Source: Felis catus (Eukaryota). From it: a stretch of 64,000 bases of DNA. Below the pieces are notes generated by a model that was given only the letters and a program-made list of their open reading frames with translations, was not told the DNA's origin and did not search any database. The translations under genes were made by a program, and so were the position numbers. Where the stretch lies: the NCBI RefSeq assembly GCF_018350175.1, contig NC_058368.1, positions 4,464,001 through 4,528,000 on the forward strand, written 5' to 3'. How positions within the stretch are numbered: position 1 is the first letter of the stretch; every line of letters starts with the position of its first letter. Shown piece after piece: positions 29,270 to 41,260 of this stretch.

Positions 29270-29604
29270 AATTCGAGCCTGGCAACTGGTTTCGTAAACA
29301 ACTATTTGTTGACCTAAATGGCGATTAAAACCCAAGCTACCAAATGAGCAAAGCGTTCCACAGCTTTCTGGAATGACCCGTCACCAGCTTACGCCTTGTG
29401 TTAGCTACGATATGGAATGAGCGCTTGGACGCTTCCCGGTGTCCCCAGAAATTCAGATGAGGGGTGAGTCCTGATGCGGCTCCTTCAAGAACTAACTAGC
29501 GTTATCAGAACACTGGTCCCATGAGAAACACGCGTGCAAAGGATTCTCCGGATAAGGGGAACGATGAAAACTCATAAATGAATTATAATAGATGATGCAG
29601 GCAT

Positions 29605-29720
29605 CTTTTGAAGATTTTATTCTTAAGTAATCTCTACACCCAACACGGGGCTTGAACTCACAACCCCGAGATCGAGAGCTGCAAGGACCCCCCCCCCCAG
29701 CTGAGCCAGCCGGGCGCCCC
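29605..29720 (-). mobile_element. Short old CAN-SINE in the C1QTNF9 3' UTR
   Basis: Reverse-complement head GGGGCGCCCGGCTGGCTCAG, B box GAGTTCAAGCCCC, tail CTTAAGAATAAAATCTT. Confidence 0.8.
29616..29621 (-). terminator. AATAAA, candidate C1QTNF9 polyadenylation signal inside a SINE tail
   Basis: First canonical hexamer after the stop codon (~230 nt downstream), followed by CA dinucleotides and T-rich sequence. Confidence 0.45.
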
Positions 29721-29850
29721 GACACCAGCACTTGGGTGCCGCTCTGTGATGATTACAGTAACGAGGGTGCTTCGTAGAGCAGAATCATCGGACAGCATTT
29801 TCACGAAGCCGTCTCCGATGGGTGGTGAGCAGAGTCTAACCGCCTCCCCG

Positions 29851-30620
29851 TCACTGGCTGAACAGAAGGAAGCCCGTGAAAGTTGTGTCATCGTCCTCAT
29901 CCGCAAACAAGCCGTTAAACCTCTCCCCTCCTGCCACCTGCATCCACACCTCGTCCCCCAGCTTCAGGGGCAGCACGATGCCGCCGGACGCCTGGTCCTC
30001 CGAGCTCATGTAGCCGTCCTTGGTGTGCAGGATTTTTACCCCATTTTTGACCAAAGCTACCTGAACGTTCCTGGAGAAGACAGTGATGTGGTAGGTGAAA
30101 TAATAGACCCCGGCAACGTGGCAAGTGAATTTCCCCGTGGCTACATCGTAGTGATTGAATTCGTTGTACAGGATCTTATCAAATTTAATGGGCGCATCTG
30201 AAGCCGGAAACTTGCTCAGTACCGTGAGGCCCACCGTGAAAGCGCTTTTGGGCCAGACGGGAGTCTCGCCGATTTTCCCTTTTTCGCCTCGGTCCCCTTT
30301 CCAGCCTCTCATCCCCCGGACTCCCGGCTCCCCCTGGGGCCCGAGGGGCCCAGCGTCTCCCTTGGGGCCAGGCTTTCCGACGGGGCCCATGGGGCCAGGT
30401 AGACCAGTTGGCCCCGAAGGCCCAGTGTGGCCCTGTAGCCCCTGAGGACCAGTGGGCCCCACGTCACCTTTCTCCCCCTTTGGCCCTCGAGGGCCAGTCT
30501 CCCCCTGGAGGCCTTTCTCTCCCATGGGACCAACAAATCCCTTGGGCCCGTGTTTTCCTGGGGGTCCCTGGGAGCCTTGATCGCCTTTGATGCCTTTGGC
30601 TTCGACTTTTCCGTCTGCTC
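29851..30620 (-). CDS. C1QTNF9: C1QTNF9 last coding exon: Gly-X-Y collagen repeats + C1q globular domain, stop TGA
   Basis: cgcctag|GA GCA GAC ([16 protein letters not shown]...) runs in frame into ORF 29851..30525 ending [14 protein letters not shown]...[16 protein letters not shown]. Total CDS 166+63+770=999 nt. Confidence 0.96.
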
Positions 30621-31255
30621 CTAGGCGGAGAAAGAGAGAATAAAGGAAAAGATGACTTGCGACACGTCACCTTGCAAAGCCAGCTTTGGCTTTTCTCGAG
30701 CACACGGAGGATACACAGCAGTGCAAGTACAGTAGATGCTCCAGGTCCGAACGTTACTTTACTCCTAAAGCGCGTGCGTGGCATCCACACCCGCTCACAC
30801 GCGCGTGCGTGCACACAAAACCCCTTCGTGCTCCTGTCCGCTACGGTGGCGTCGGGGTCCACGTTAGAAGTTCCAGCTCCTTACCCACCACAGAGTCGAC
30901 TCTGGCCACTACACACGGCCGACCCTTGGGCACAGGTCTTCGGAAAGGCAGACGAACTCAAGCTGCCTCCAGTGACCCGCCACTCAGCTCTCGTTCTGTG
31001 ACATCTTCTAAAAAAACCCCTCACGGGACTGAACAGGCCCCTCAGGGCCCCCCGGCTCCTCCAGCCCGACTGGAGAGCCGTGGTGAGGAGCACGGGTTCT
31101 GGAGCCAAATGCCAAGACTCCTTCCTGCCTCCTCCACGCAGGCACAGCGGGACAAGCCAGTCAGCCACCTACACCTCTGATGCCTCATCCGTAAAACTGA
31201 GACAATAATACCACCTCATTTATAGGCTGTTGTATCGAGTCGATATGTGGAAATC

Positions 31256-31462
31256 GGGGCACCTGGGTGGCTCAGTCGGTGAAGCGTTAGACTCCCGGTT
31301 TTGGCTCAGGCGATGATCTCACGGCTCAGGAGTTCGAGCCCCGCACTGGGCTGTGTGCTGACAGTGCGGGGGCCTGCTTGGATTCTTGCTCTCTCCCTCT
31401 CTCTTTGCCCCTCGTGCACGCATGCTCTCTCCCTCTCTTTCTCTCAAAATAAATAAACTTAA
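31256..31462 (+). mobile_element. CAN-SINE (older)
   Basis: Full structure. Confidence 0.88.
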
Positions 31463-31478
31463 AGATACGTGAAAAGAT

Positions 31479-31709
31479 GGGGCGCCTCGGTGGCTCAGTC
31501 GGTTGAGCGTCTGACTTCGGCTCAGGTCACGATCTCACAGTCCGTGAGTTCGAGCCCGGCGTCAGGCTCTGTGCTGACAGCTCAGAGCCTGGAGCCTGCT
31601 TTGGATTCTGTCTCCCTCTCTCTCTGCCCCTCCCCACCTCATGCTCTGTCTCTCTCTGTCTCAGAAATAAACATTAAAAAAAATTTTATTTTAAATAAAT
31701 AATAAAAAA
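31479..31709 (+). mobile_element. CAN-SINE inserted at the tail of the preceding SINE
   Basis: Has its own TSD AAAGATACGTGAAAAG (31461-31476, 31709-31724). Confidence 0.92.
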
Positions 31710-31908
31710 AAGATACGTGAAAAGCACTCAGAGCAACCTGGCACAAAATGTTTGCCCTTGAGACCATTCTCTCTCCCCCCATCAGTCACAACTGGCAGAG
31801 CCCTCCTCACCCTCCCAGGCCCAATTCCAGCGCCACCTTCTCATGCACTGTTGCCAGAAGCCCGGAGTCAAACTTTAGCGTCATTCCCCAGCGTCCACCC
31901 ACTAAAAC

Positions 31909-32450
31909 AGGCTTCAGCAAACTACGGCCCGTGAGCCAAATCCAGCCTCACGCCTGTTTTTATCCGGCCCACAGGCGACGAATGGTTTGCATTTTTAAGT
32001 GGTCACAAATAAAATTCTGCCCTAGAAATAATGCTTAAAAATTATATAAAATCCAGCTTTTAGTTTTCATGGAGTTTCACCGGAACACAGCCCCACTTAC
32101 GTCGCATCTATGGCTGCTTTTCTTTTTTTTTTTTTAAATTTTTTTTTCAACGTTTTTTATTTATTTTTGGGACAGAGAGAGACAGAGCATGAACGGGGGA
32201 GGGGCAGAGAGAGAGGGAGACACAGAATCGGAAACAGGCTCCAGGCTCCGAGCCATCAGCCCAGAGCCTGACGCGGGGCTCGAACTCACAGACCGCAAGA
32301 TCGTGACCTGGCTGAAGTCGGACGCTTAACCGACTGCGCCACCCAGGCGCCCCTATGGCTGCTTTTCACTACGGTTGTGACCATATGGCCCGGGAAGCTG
32401 AAATTATTCACTATCTGACCCTTGACAGAAAAAGAATCACGAACTTCTAG
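31909..32450. mobile_element. MER58-like hAT-Charlie fossil interrupted by a SINE
   Basis: caggcttcagcaaactacggcccgtgagccaaatcc start; tatggcccg...actatctgacccttgacagaaaaag end. Confidence 0.7.
32123..32353 (-). mobile_element. Young felid CAN-SINE
   Basis: Reverse orientation, TSD TATGGCTGCTTTTC. Confidence 0.95.
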
Positions 32451-32588
32451 AGATCAAGGGCTGTGCTGTCCTTATTGTTGGATCATCCTCAGAGGCTACA
32501 ACGGCTACTTGTCCTTGGTGAGCGCCAAATGCCTAAGTCACTGACGGCTCAGAATTAGAGGGTGGTGAAACGGAACACGATTTCTGAC

Positions 32589-32651
32589 CTCGTTCTCCTT
32601 TCTCTCCATTCATTCCATCTTTCCCTGGACCACCAGGATGTCCTGGTTCTC
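32589..32651 (-). CDS. C1QTNF9: C1QTNF9 middle coding exon (63 nt, symmetric phase 1)
   Basis: GEPGHPGGPGKDGMNGEKGERG; cacctag|GA and CGAG|gtcaga. Confidence 0.94.
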
Positions 32652-33769
32652 CTAGGTGGAAGAGAAGGAAATAGACAAGGGTTAGAATTCTAATTCCGCG
32701 TTTCCTGAACATCGGTCTCAATCAGGGGTATAGACTGAAGAGTCCTGGGAGTGTGCCCCCACCCCCACCATGCACACACTGTCTTTTGCAGAAGTGCCGG
32801 TGGAGAGAGGCAGATGTGAGTTGTGTAAAAGAAATGAATTATGAAATGAATTGAGTGGACGTCCCAAGCACCCAGCTCCAGGAAGACAAGACAGGAAGGT
32901 AATATGTGCACAGATGATCACAATTACGTTTTTCCCTCGTGAATTGAACTCGGGTAGCGACTGACTGTTGGAGGCACTGGGTGCCTCACTTCCGCTCTTT
33001 TTCTATCTTGTGTAGAGTGGGGTGGAAGGTTCACTAGCCTCCTGTGAAACACAGATGACTGTGGTTACCTGGCGCTATGGGGGACGGAAGAAAGGATTCT
33101 GGAAGGATCTCTCCAGCACCTTAGAGTGGTGGTAGATGTCACCCATTAAGGTGGCATGGCCGGCCCCACTGGGAACATCAGGGGGGTGAGGTTTTGCCGA
33201 CCACACATGAATTTTGAGCTCAGAACAGGCAATCCTTAGCTCCAACTTCCCATGTTGTAAGTCAACATCTCTGGAATCAAAGGCAGTTCTTGCTGTAAGG
33301 AAGGACAGTAGGAGCAAAAGTTGAAGGAATCATGAAGACACGAGTGTATCCCGTGTATGTGTATACACACACACAGCACACACACTGTGGTCCCAGTGGG
33401 AGGGGAAAGTAGAGGAATGGAGTTCATCAAGGTTGAGGTTTGGCCATTTACTTGCACTGGGCTGTTGACTACCCAGAAATGAGACTGGTCTAATGCCAAA
33501 AGTGACATGGGCTCTACTAGAGATGTCACCCATCGGAGACCCCGCAGAGCCCGTCTGCAGGGCAGTGGCAAGAGAGATGGTGGGTGGCCCTCTGCTTCAT
33601 CCAGCCCACCCAACAGATCCCCTGGATTAGCAAATGCCGTGAGCACAGAAACACCTAAAAACACCAAGACTTTCATTCGGCTCTACAGCTGACTCCCCAT
33701 ACGAAGTAATTTGTTCCAATATTCATTTCTCCAAAACTTAACAAAGGCTTTTTAAAAACCCATATTCCA

Positions 33770-33935
33770 GGGGGGCCCGGGTGGCTCAGTCGGTTAAGCG
33801 ACTGACTCTTGATTTCAGCTCAGGTCACGATCGTGAGATCGAGCCACCCACCCATGCCAGCATGGAGCCTGCTTGTATTCTCTCGCCCTCTCTCTCTGCC
33901 CCTCCCCCCACCCTCTAAAATACAATAATCGTTTA
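33770..33935 (+). mobile_element. CAN-SINE with internal deletion
   Basis: Head and tail present, TSD AAAAA(C/T)CCATATTCCA. Confidence 0.85.
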
Positions 33936-34675
33936 AAAAATCCATATTCCAACAGCATTTGCTGGCAGAGCACCTTTTAGTTCATCCTGAAGTTACTTTC
34001 TGTGTATCATTTCAACCGTTTTTAAAATAGCCAGAGGAATATCTAATCTTCTGGTAGGATTCTGAAATAGCAAGAGGGAGGAAAAATGACCGTGGTTTGT
34101 GCTCAGGTTCCCCACAGAGTCCTGAAATGTCTAATTTAATTGGGGTGTTTCTATCAATGACTGATATCTCATGGTACAGTTTATAATTGGGATGAGACTC
34201 ATTCTAATGAATGTAAATGTATATCCCTATGTCCCAAGTCTTAAAAATCTCTAGGTTTTTGTCAGACATCTTGTCAGATGTCTGACTAGTTCATCATTGT
34301 TTTCTCCCACTCACACGCACTGGAAAAGGTCACGCTAAGAAGAGAAATGACAGCGCTATTTTTGTGTGATTCGTGAACGTCTGCCTCATCAAGTCAACCT
34401 TCAATCTTCGATTTCTTTGCAGAAGTATTTCGGGCGCCCACCCGTTCGTGAGAGTTCAACAGTACAATTTGAAAGTCCCTCGGGCTGGGCACACGTAACC
34501 ACAATACGCCACAGTACACGGACGGATGATGAACGTGTGAGGGCTCTCGCTCCTCCCACAGCACATGCTTCCGGCTTCACGTGACCTGTCCAAAGAGACC
34601 ACGCGAAGCCACCCAAGTCAATTCATATAGGAAATACTTTCAAAGCTCAATTTTTTTCATCAAAATTTACCTTTT

Positions 34676-34898
34676 ATTTTTTTAATTTTGTTTAATGTTT
34701 TATATTTGAGAAAGAGAGAGAGAGAGACTGAGCGTGAGCAGGGGAAGGGCAGAGAGAGAGGGAGACACAGAATCCAAAGCAGGCTCCAGGCTCTGAGCTG
34801 TCAACACAGAGCCCGACGCGGGGCTTGAACCCACAAACCGTGAGATCATGACCTGAGCCGAAGTCGGACGCTCAACCGACTGAGCCACCCAGACGCCC
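34676..34898 (-). mobile_element. CAN-SINE
   Basis: Reverse orientation, TSD AAATTTA(C/T)CTTTTA. Confidence 0.92.
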
Positions 34899-35641
34899 TC
34901 TAAATTTATCTTTTAGAATGTCAATCGGAGTTTTGATGTTTTCCCCCTGTACCCAGATAGACCAATCCGCTTACGGTTCAGGTATGTGACCCTACGGTCA
35001 GACCCAGGCTCAAGAACCAAGCCTGTCAGTTGGTGTCATGGAATCCACTCACGTAGCCTGGCTTTTGCAGATCTCCTTCCCAGAGGCTGCATCCTGACCC
35101 CAGATCCCCAGACCCTGGGGCAGGTCCCAACACCTGAGTCCCGCCGTGTGGCTTCAGTGACCATCTACTTTGGTATTCTCTGTCACGCCACGTCACCTGC
35201 CTCACCGTGTGGCAAGGCCCTAGCTCTCCCGTGCAGCGCAGCCAGGCGCTCCCTGCTAAATATTTAGCGATCAGATTTCTCTATATGCTCCAAGTGCCAA
35301 AGACCCACCATACCTGCCATCTGAGGCAGAAAGATCTACACCATGTGCTTCTGAAGACGGCCTGTAGTATCAGAGGTGACGGCCCAAAAGCAGTTGTCCC
35401 CACTAGATGAGAACGTCCGGTGGAGGGGGGAGCCGTGTTGGTCTTGTCCTGCCACAGTACCCCAGAATCTGGCCTGGAGCGGGCTCTCGGTCACTGCTTT
35501 CTGAGCAAGGGGTGCATGAATGAAGGAGGGGGAGCGGGCAGGTGATGACTACACTGGTGATGAATGAATGAATGAATGAATGAATAAGAGGAACGGACGG
35601 GTACATGGAAGGGTAGCTGGAGGCCACCAAGTGGTGAGTAC

Positions 35642-35807
35642 CTGCCTCTCCCTTGTCGCCCTTTGCTCCGTCTCGTCCATCTCTCCCGGGCAAACCATTG
35701 TGACCGGGATTCCCAGGGACGCCAGGGTGCCCCTGCCTGCACGTGTCCTGTGCGTTCACGTTTCCCATGCAGATCCCGCCGGCGAGCAGAAGCAACCAGG
35801 TCCTCAT
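35642..35807 (-). CDS. C1QTNF9: C1QTNF9 first coding exon (signal peptide + start of collagen); acceptor at ~35828
   Basis: [56 protein letters not shown]; pyrimidine tract tccctctctcag 21 nt above the ATG; donor CAG|gtactc. Confidence 0.95.
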
Positions 35808-36214
35808 GTTTCAGATGATGGAGCTGAGCTGAGAGAGGGAAACACAGACCAGAAGGAAAGGCCTTTGTTTCTGGGGCCACAGACACAGCCTCTGCTCCTT
35901 GCCGTGGGGCACGGGCCCACTCCCGATCGACCTTGGACAGGATGGCCAAGACCGGTAAGGGCAGAAGCCGCTAGCGGACGAAGCTTCTCACAATCAGAAG
36001 GCCATCGTTCTTGAAAGGAACCCACGTGACTGGGACCACTCTGAATGGCAAATGGTCAAGGGGAAAGCCGAGTTCCAAGTCAAATACTCGCATTTACCAC
36101 TCCGCTCCACTTGGGGCAAACCGCTTTTTGGAGCCAGAGAAGGGAATGATACTCGCTTCTCGGCGCTGCTGTAACAACCAAGGTTGACTACAAAGTGCAT
36201 GAAAAGCACATGTT

Positions 36215-36775
36215 CAACAGTAAAGCAAACACAGAATTAGCATTTGATCCGGCAACCCCAGTTCGGGGTGGACACACACAAGAACTCGAAGCAGAGACTC
36301 CGACATACTTGGACACGCGTGTTCACACCAGCTTTAGTCACAGGAGCCCGAAGGTGGGAACAACCCACACGGCCGCCGACATGTGAATGAACAAGATGTG
36401 TTTACACACACGACGGGATGCTCCTCAGCCTTGAAAAGGAGGGACGTTCTGACGCATATACTACAACACGGATGAACCTTAAAGACATTGTGCGACGTGA
36501 AATAAGCCGGACGGGACCAATACTCTCCGATTCCACTCGTATGAGGGCCCTAGAGTAGTCGAATTCACAGGGACACAAAGCAGAACAGTGGGAGCCAACG
36601 GCTGGGGGAAGGGGAGGGGGAGCTAACGGAGTTTCAGGTTGGGAAGATGGAAAAGCTCTGAAAGCGGACCGTGGAGACAGTCGAACAACGTGAACGTACT
36701 TCAAGCCGCCGAACTGGACGCTTAAAAGCGGGTAAAGTGGTAAGTTTTATGCAATGTTTATTTTACAATAAAAAA
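36215..36775 (+). mobile_element. Old eutherian L1M (L1MB-like) 3' end
   Basis: aaacacagaattagcatttgatccggcaaccc...ggatgaaccttaaagacattgtg...cttaaaa...ttttacaataaaaa. Confidence 0.7.
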
Positions 36776-36877
36776 CAAATAGAATGAAAAACAGTAAAGC
36801 ATTCCACGCTGTCCTACTGTGATGAGACATATGCTTTGAGTTAGATTTTTGACTCTACAGGAAACCACCGTGAAGGG

Positions 36878-36881
<4 letters not shown>

Positions 36882-36913
<32 letters not shown>
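36882..36913. repeat. (CA)n microsatellite
   Basis: Perfect CA run. Confidence 0.9.
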
Positions 36914-36915
<2 letters not shown>

Positions 36916-37385
36916 AAGGAACAGGCAGTTTGCGAAGTACACCTTCAGGCCCCACTGCGAGTTTTTGATTTGCTTTCCAACCCCATCAGGAGCGAAGGCC
37001 ACGCCGGGTGGTGAGGTTTGCGATGAGATCTAAAGGAGCAGAGCAGCTAATCAGGCCAAGTGTTCTAGGCAGAGAGAACACACAGGCAAGACCCTACGGC
37101 AGTGTGCACACAGGATTCATGGGACGCTCTTGACTACACAGATCTCCCCGGGAAGGGGGCACCACACCGATGACTCTCTTTCACGGCACCGTAGTACAGG
37201 GCTACTCTTACTTACGTCACCGTATGACTGAAGTCTGACTGCATTTTTCTCCTTACTGTACTCCTAGTGCTCAGTATTAAGCCTGCAGCACTGTGTTGAA
37301 TAAATATGCATTGAATGAAATGCGTGTGCCATGGCAGACACTTTAGGACATAAAAATAATAATAACCTGAGAATCGTGTCACACA

Positions 37386-37630
37386 GAGGACGGGTTAAGA
37401 CGGCAGCGGAGTAGCCTGAGCTCGCTTCATCCCTCGAACATTCGAACACAGCTAGATGAATATCAAATCATTTGAACACACGAGAAGCCGATCCGAACTG
37501 AGAGGGCCGGGCTGCACAGCTAGAGCTAGAAAAGCAACCCCAGTGTGGACGGTGGGAGCCACAGAGAGTTGACCTCGGGGGAGAAAAGACTGTGTGCTGT
37601 GGAGGGGAGGGAGCCCTGATCACGTAGAGA

Positions 37631-37688
<58 letters not shown>

Positions 37689-39848
37689 TGCACCTAAGGG
37701 ATCTCAGAGGAATAAACTTTCCCCAAAACCACTGGGAAAAGAAGAGGGGCTAACCACCACAAGCTTTTATGAGCCGCAGAGCGCAAAGTCTGAAGTTACC
37801 GAGGTCAGCGCCATCACCAGCTTTGCGCCCGGTGGGCCTGGCGGTGCTCCAGTGGGGAAGGAGTGTGGAGTGTGGCGGCCCGAAGCGGGCAGCGTGGTCT
37901 GAGGATCTCTTGGGTTGCACAAGGAGAGACAGTTCCCTGGCTTGAAGTGCATTTGGGAGAGGTGGACTGGCCTCTCCTGGGACAGAAAGACCCCGTGGGC
38001 ACCAGCCTGCCGCTCTATTCACTGGCATAAGAACAGAGATGCCAGCTGAGGGCGGCAAACCTTGGGTGCCGGGTTTTGGCTGTGCTTTAACACCAACTCC
38101 AAAAAATTGCTAGAACTAATACATGAGTTCGGCAACGTCACAGGATATAAGATCAATGTCGAGAAATCTGGTGCATTTCTATACACCAATAAAGAAGCAG
38201 AGGAAAAGAAACCGAGGCATCGATTGCGTTTATAATTGCACCAAAACTCATAAGAGACCTAGGAATAAACCTAACCAAAGATGTAAAATATCTGTATGCT
38301 GAAAACTATAGAAAACTTATGAAGGAAATTGAAGAAGATGTAAAGAAATGGAAAAACATTCTGTGCTCATGGATTGGAAGAAAAAACATTGTTAAAATGT
38401 CAATGCTACCCAAAGCAATCTACACGTTCAATGCAATCCCTATCGAAATACCACCAGCATTTTTCACAGAGCTAGAACACATAATCCTAAAATCTGTATG
38501 GAACCACAAAAGACCCCGAATTGCCAAAGCAATCCTGAAAAAGAACACCAAAGCCAGAGGCATCACAACTCCAGACTTCAAACCATATTACAAAGCTGTA
38601 GTGATCAAGCCAGTCTGGTACTGGCATGAAAACAGACATAGATCAATGGGACAGAATAAAAAGCCCAGAAATGGACTCACAACGATATGGCCAACTAATC
38701 TTTGGCAAAGCAGGAAAGAATATCCAATGGAAAAAAGACAGTCTTTTCAACAGATGGTGCTGGGAAAACGGGACAGCGACACGCAGAAGAATGAAACCGT
38801 ACCACTTTCCTACACCACACACAAAATAAATTCACAGTGTACACAAGACCTAAATGTGAGACAAGAAACCATCAAAATCCTAGAGGAGAACACAGGCAGC
38901 AACCTCTATGACCTCAGCCACAGCAACTTCTTACTAGACGTGTCGCCAGAGGCAAGGGAAACAAAAGCAAACATGAACTATTGGGACTTTATCAAGACAA
39001 AAAGCTTCTGCACAGTGAAGGAAACAATCAGCAAAACTAAAAGACAGCCTACGAAATGGGAGAAGATATCTGCAAGTGACATATCAGATAAAGGGTTGGT
39101 ATCCAAAAATCTATAAAGAAATCACCAAACTCAACACCCAAAAAACAAATAATCTCGTGAAGAAATGGGCAGAAGACACGAACAGACATTTTTCCAAGGA
39201 AGATATTCAGATGGTAACAGACACATGAAAAGATGCTCAACATCGCTCATCGTCACATGAATACAAATCAAAATCCTGATGAGACGTCACCTCACACCTG
39301 TCAGAATGGCTAAAATTAACAACACAGGAAACAACAAATGTTGGCAAGGATGTGGAGAAGGGGTGTAACCCTCTTACACCATTGGTGGGAATACAAACTG
39401 GTGCAGCCACGCTGGAAAACAGTATGGAGTTTCCTGAAAAAGTTACAAATAGAACTACCCTACGATCCAGCAACTGGACTACTAGGTATTTACCCGAAGG
39501 ATAAAAAAATACAGATTCAAGGGGGCACACGCACCCGGATGTTTATAGCAGCACTATCAACAATAGTCAAATTAATGGAAAGAACCCAAGTGTCCCTCAA
39601 CTGATGAACAGGTAAAGAAGATGTGGTATAAGGGCACCTGGGTGGCTCAGTCGGTTAAGTGTCTGACTTCAGCTCAGACCATGATCGCATGGTTTGTGGG
39701 TTCAATCCCCAGGTTGGGCTCAGTGCTGACGGCTCAGAGCCTGGAGCCCGCTTAGGATTCTGTGTCTCCCTCTCTCTCTGCTCATGTTCTGTGTCTTTCT
39801 CTCAAAAGTAAACATGAACAATTTTTTTAATTAAAAAAGATGTGAGAG

Positions 39849-39881
<33 letters not shown>

Positions 39882-40260
39882 GGAATATTACTCAGCCATC
39901 AAAAAATGAAATCTTGCTGTTTGCAATGACATGGATGGAGCTAGAAGATATTATGCTAAGCCAAATAAGTCAGAGAAAGATAAATACCATATGGTTTCAC
40001 TCATTGGAATTAGGAAACAAAACAGATGAACATATAGGAAGGGGGAGAAAAAAAAGAGAGGGAAGCAAACCGTAAGAGACACTTAATGATAGAGAACAAA
40101 CTGAGCGTTGCTGGAGGGAGGAAGGAGGGAGATAGGCTAGGTGGGCGATGGGTATTGGGGGCACTTGTGAAGATGAGCACTGGGTGTTGTATGTAAGTGT
40201 TGAATCACCACTATGACACCATACGTTAACTAACATAATTTAAATTAAAATTTGGAGAAG
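37386..40260 (+). mobile_element. Carnivore L1 with 5' UTR (~37386-38095) joined directly to the 3' part of ORF2 and the 3' UTR; decayed
   Basis: 5' UTR-type start gggttaagacggc...gagtag and (GA)n. ORF2 remnants [10 protein letters not shown].., MKEIEEDVKKWKNILCSWIGRKNIVKMSMLPKAIYTFNAIPI, WCWEN, ELPYDPA with frameshifts; L1 3' UTR end. Confidence 0.85.
39632..39835 (+). mobile_element. CAN-SINE nested in the L1
   Basis: SINE body; flanks AAGATGTG repeated. Confidence 0.9.
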
Positions 40261-40589
40261 AAAATAATAACATGAGGCTAGTGAAGCAGGTCAGAACCCA
40301 GACCCTTATACAGCACTGAAGGCGACGTCCATCCGCACAACCTTTCAGATAAAGAGAAAAGACGTTCATATCTTAACCTTAGTGATCTTGTGCCGAAAAT
40401 TCTTAATAATCCAACATTTGTTTGCCAAACATATTAGCCATGACATTATCTGTCATAGTGCAAAAGTGTGTACTGCATAATGTGCTTCCATCCGTGCTGC
40501 TTGGGTATAATATTATGTAGCCCCTGAAATAATTATGTAGGTCATGTAGAAATAAAATATGTGAAAGATATATGTTGTGTTTAAAAAAA

Positions 40590-40804
40590 ATTTTTTTTTA
40601 TTTTTCAGAGAGAGAGAGAGAGAGAGAGAGTGTGCGAGCATGAGCAGGGGAGGGGCAGAGAGGGAGGGAGACACAGAGTCTGAAGCTGGCTCCAGGCTCT
40701 GAGCTGTCGGCACAGAGCCCAACGCAGGGCTCGAACTCACAAAATGCGAGATTGTGACCTGAGCTGAAGTTGGATACTTAACCGACTGAGCCACCCAGGC
40801 ACCC
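40590..40804 (-). mobile_element. CAN-SINE
   Basis: Reverse orientation full element. Confidence 0.9.
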
Positions 40805-41011
40805 TGATGTTGAATTTTTAAAAAGTAGAATAAAATGGCATGTACATTATGAATTACAGAGGTACCTATGTAATTCTATATGCATATCGACAAAAACTAG
40901 GACCAAATATATCCAAATGAATATGGCTGCTTTAGAATAGCAGGGTTATGAGGGTTTTTTCCTTTTAAAAAAAATGCTTTTTTACAGTGTCTATTAAAAT
41001 ATTTCTAGATA

Positions 41012-41260
41012 GATAAACGTTAAAAAAAAATTAAAAAAAAAAAGGGGGGCGCCTGGGTGGCTCAGTAGGTTAAGCGTCCGACTTCGGCTCAGGTCACGAT
41101 CTCGCAGTCTGTGAGTTCGAGCCCTGCGTCGGGCTCTGTGCTGACAGCTCAGAGCTTGGAGCCTGTTTCCGATTCTGTGTCTCCCTCTCTCTGACCCTCC
41201 CCCATTCATGCTCTCTCTCTGTCTCAAAGATAGATAAACGTTAAAAAAAATTTAAAAAAT
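41012..41260 (+). mobile_element. SINE tail fragment (41012-41043) + full CAN-SINE (41044-41260) inside one TSD
   Basis: ATATTTCTAGATA at 40999-41011 and 41261-41273. Confidence 0.9.

Noticed and set aside
31256..31724. Adjacent SINE pair as a third template-jump dimer
   Set aside because: The second SINE has its own TSD and the two differ in subfamily and age: sequential insertion
38319..39116. 265-aa ORF as a host gene
   Set aside because: Frameshifted L1 ORF2 remnant
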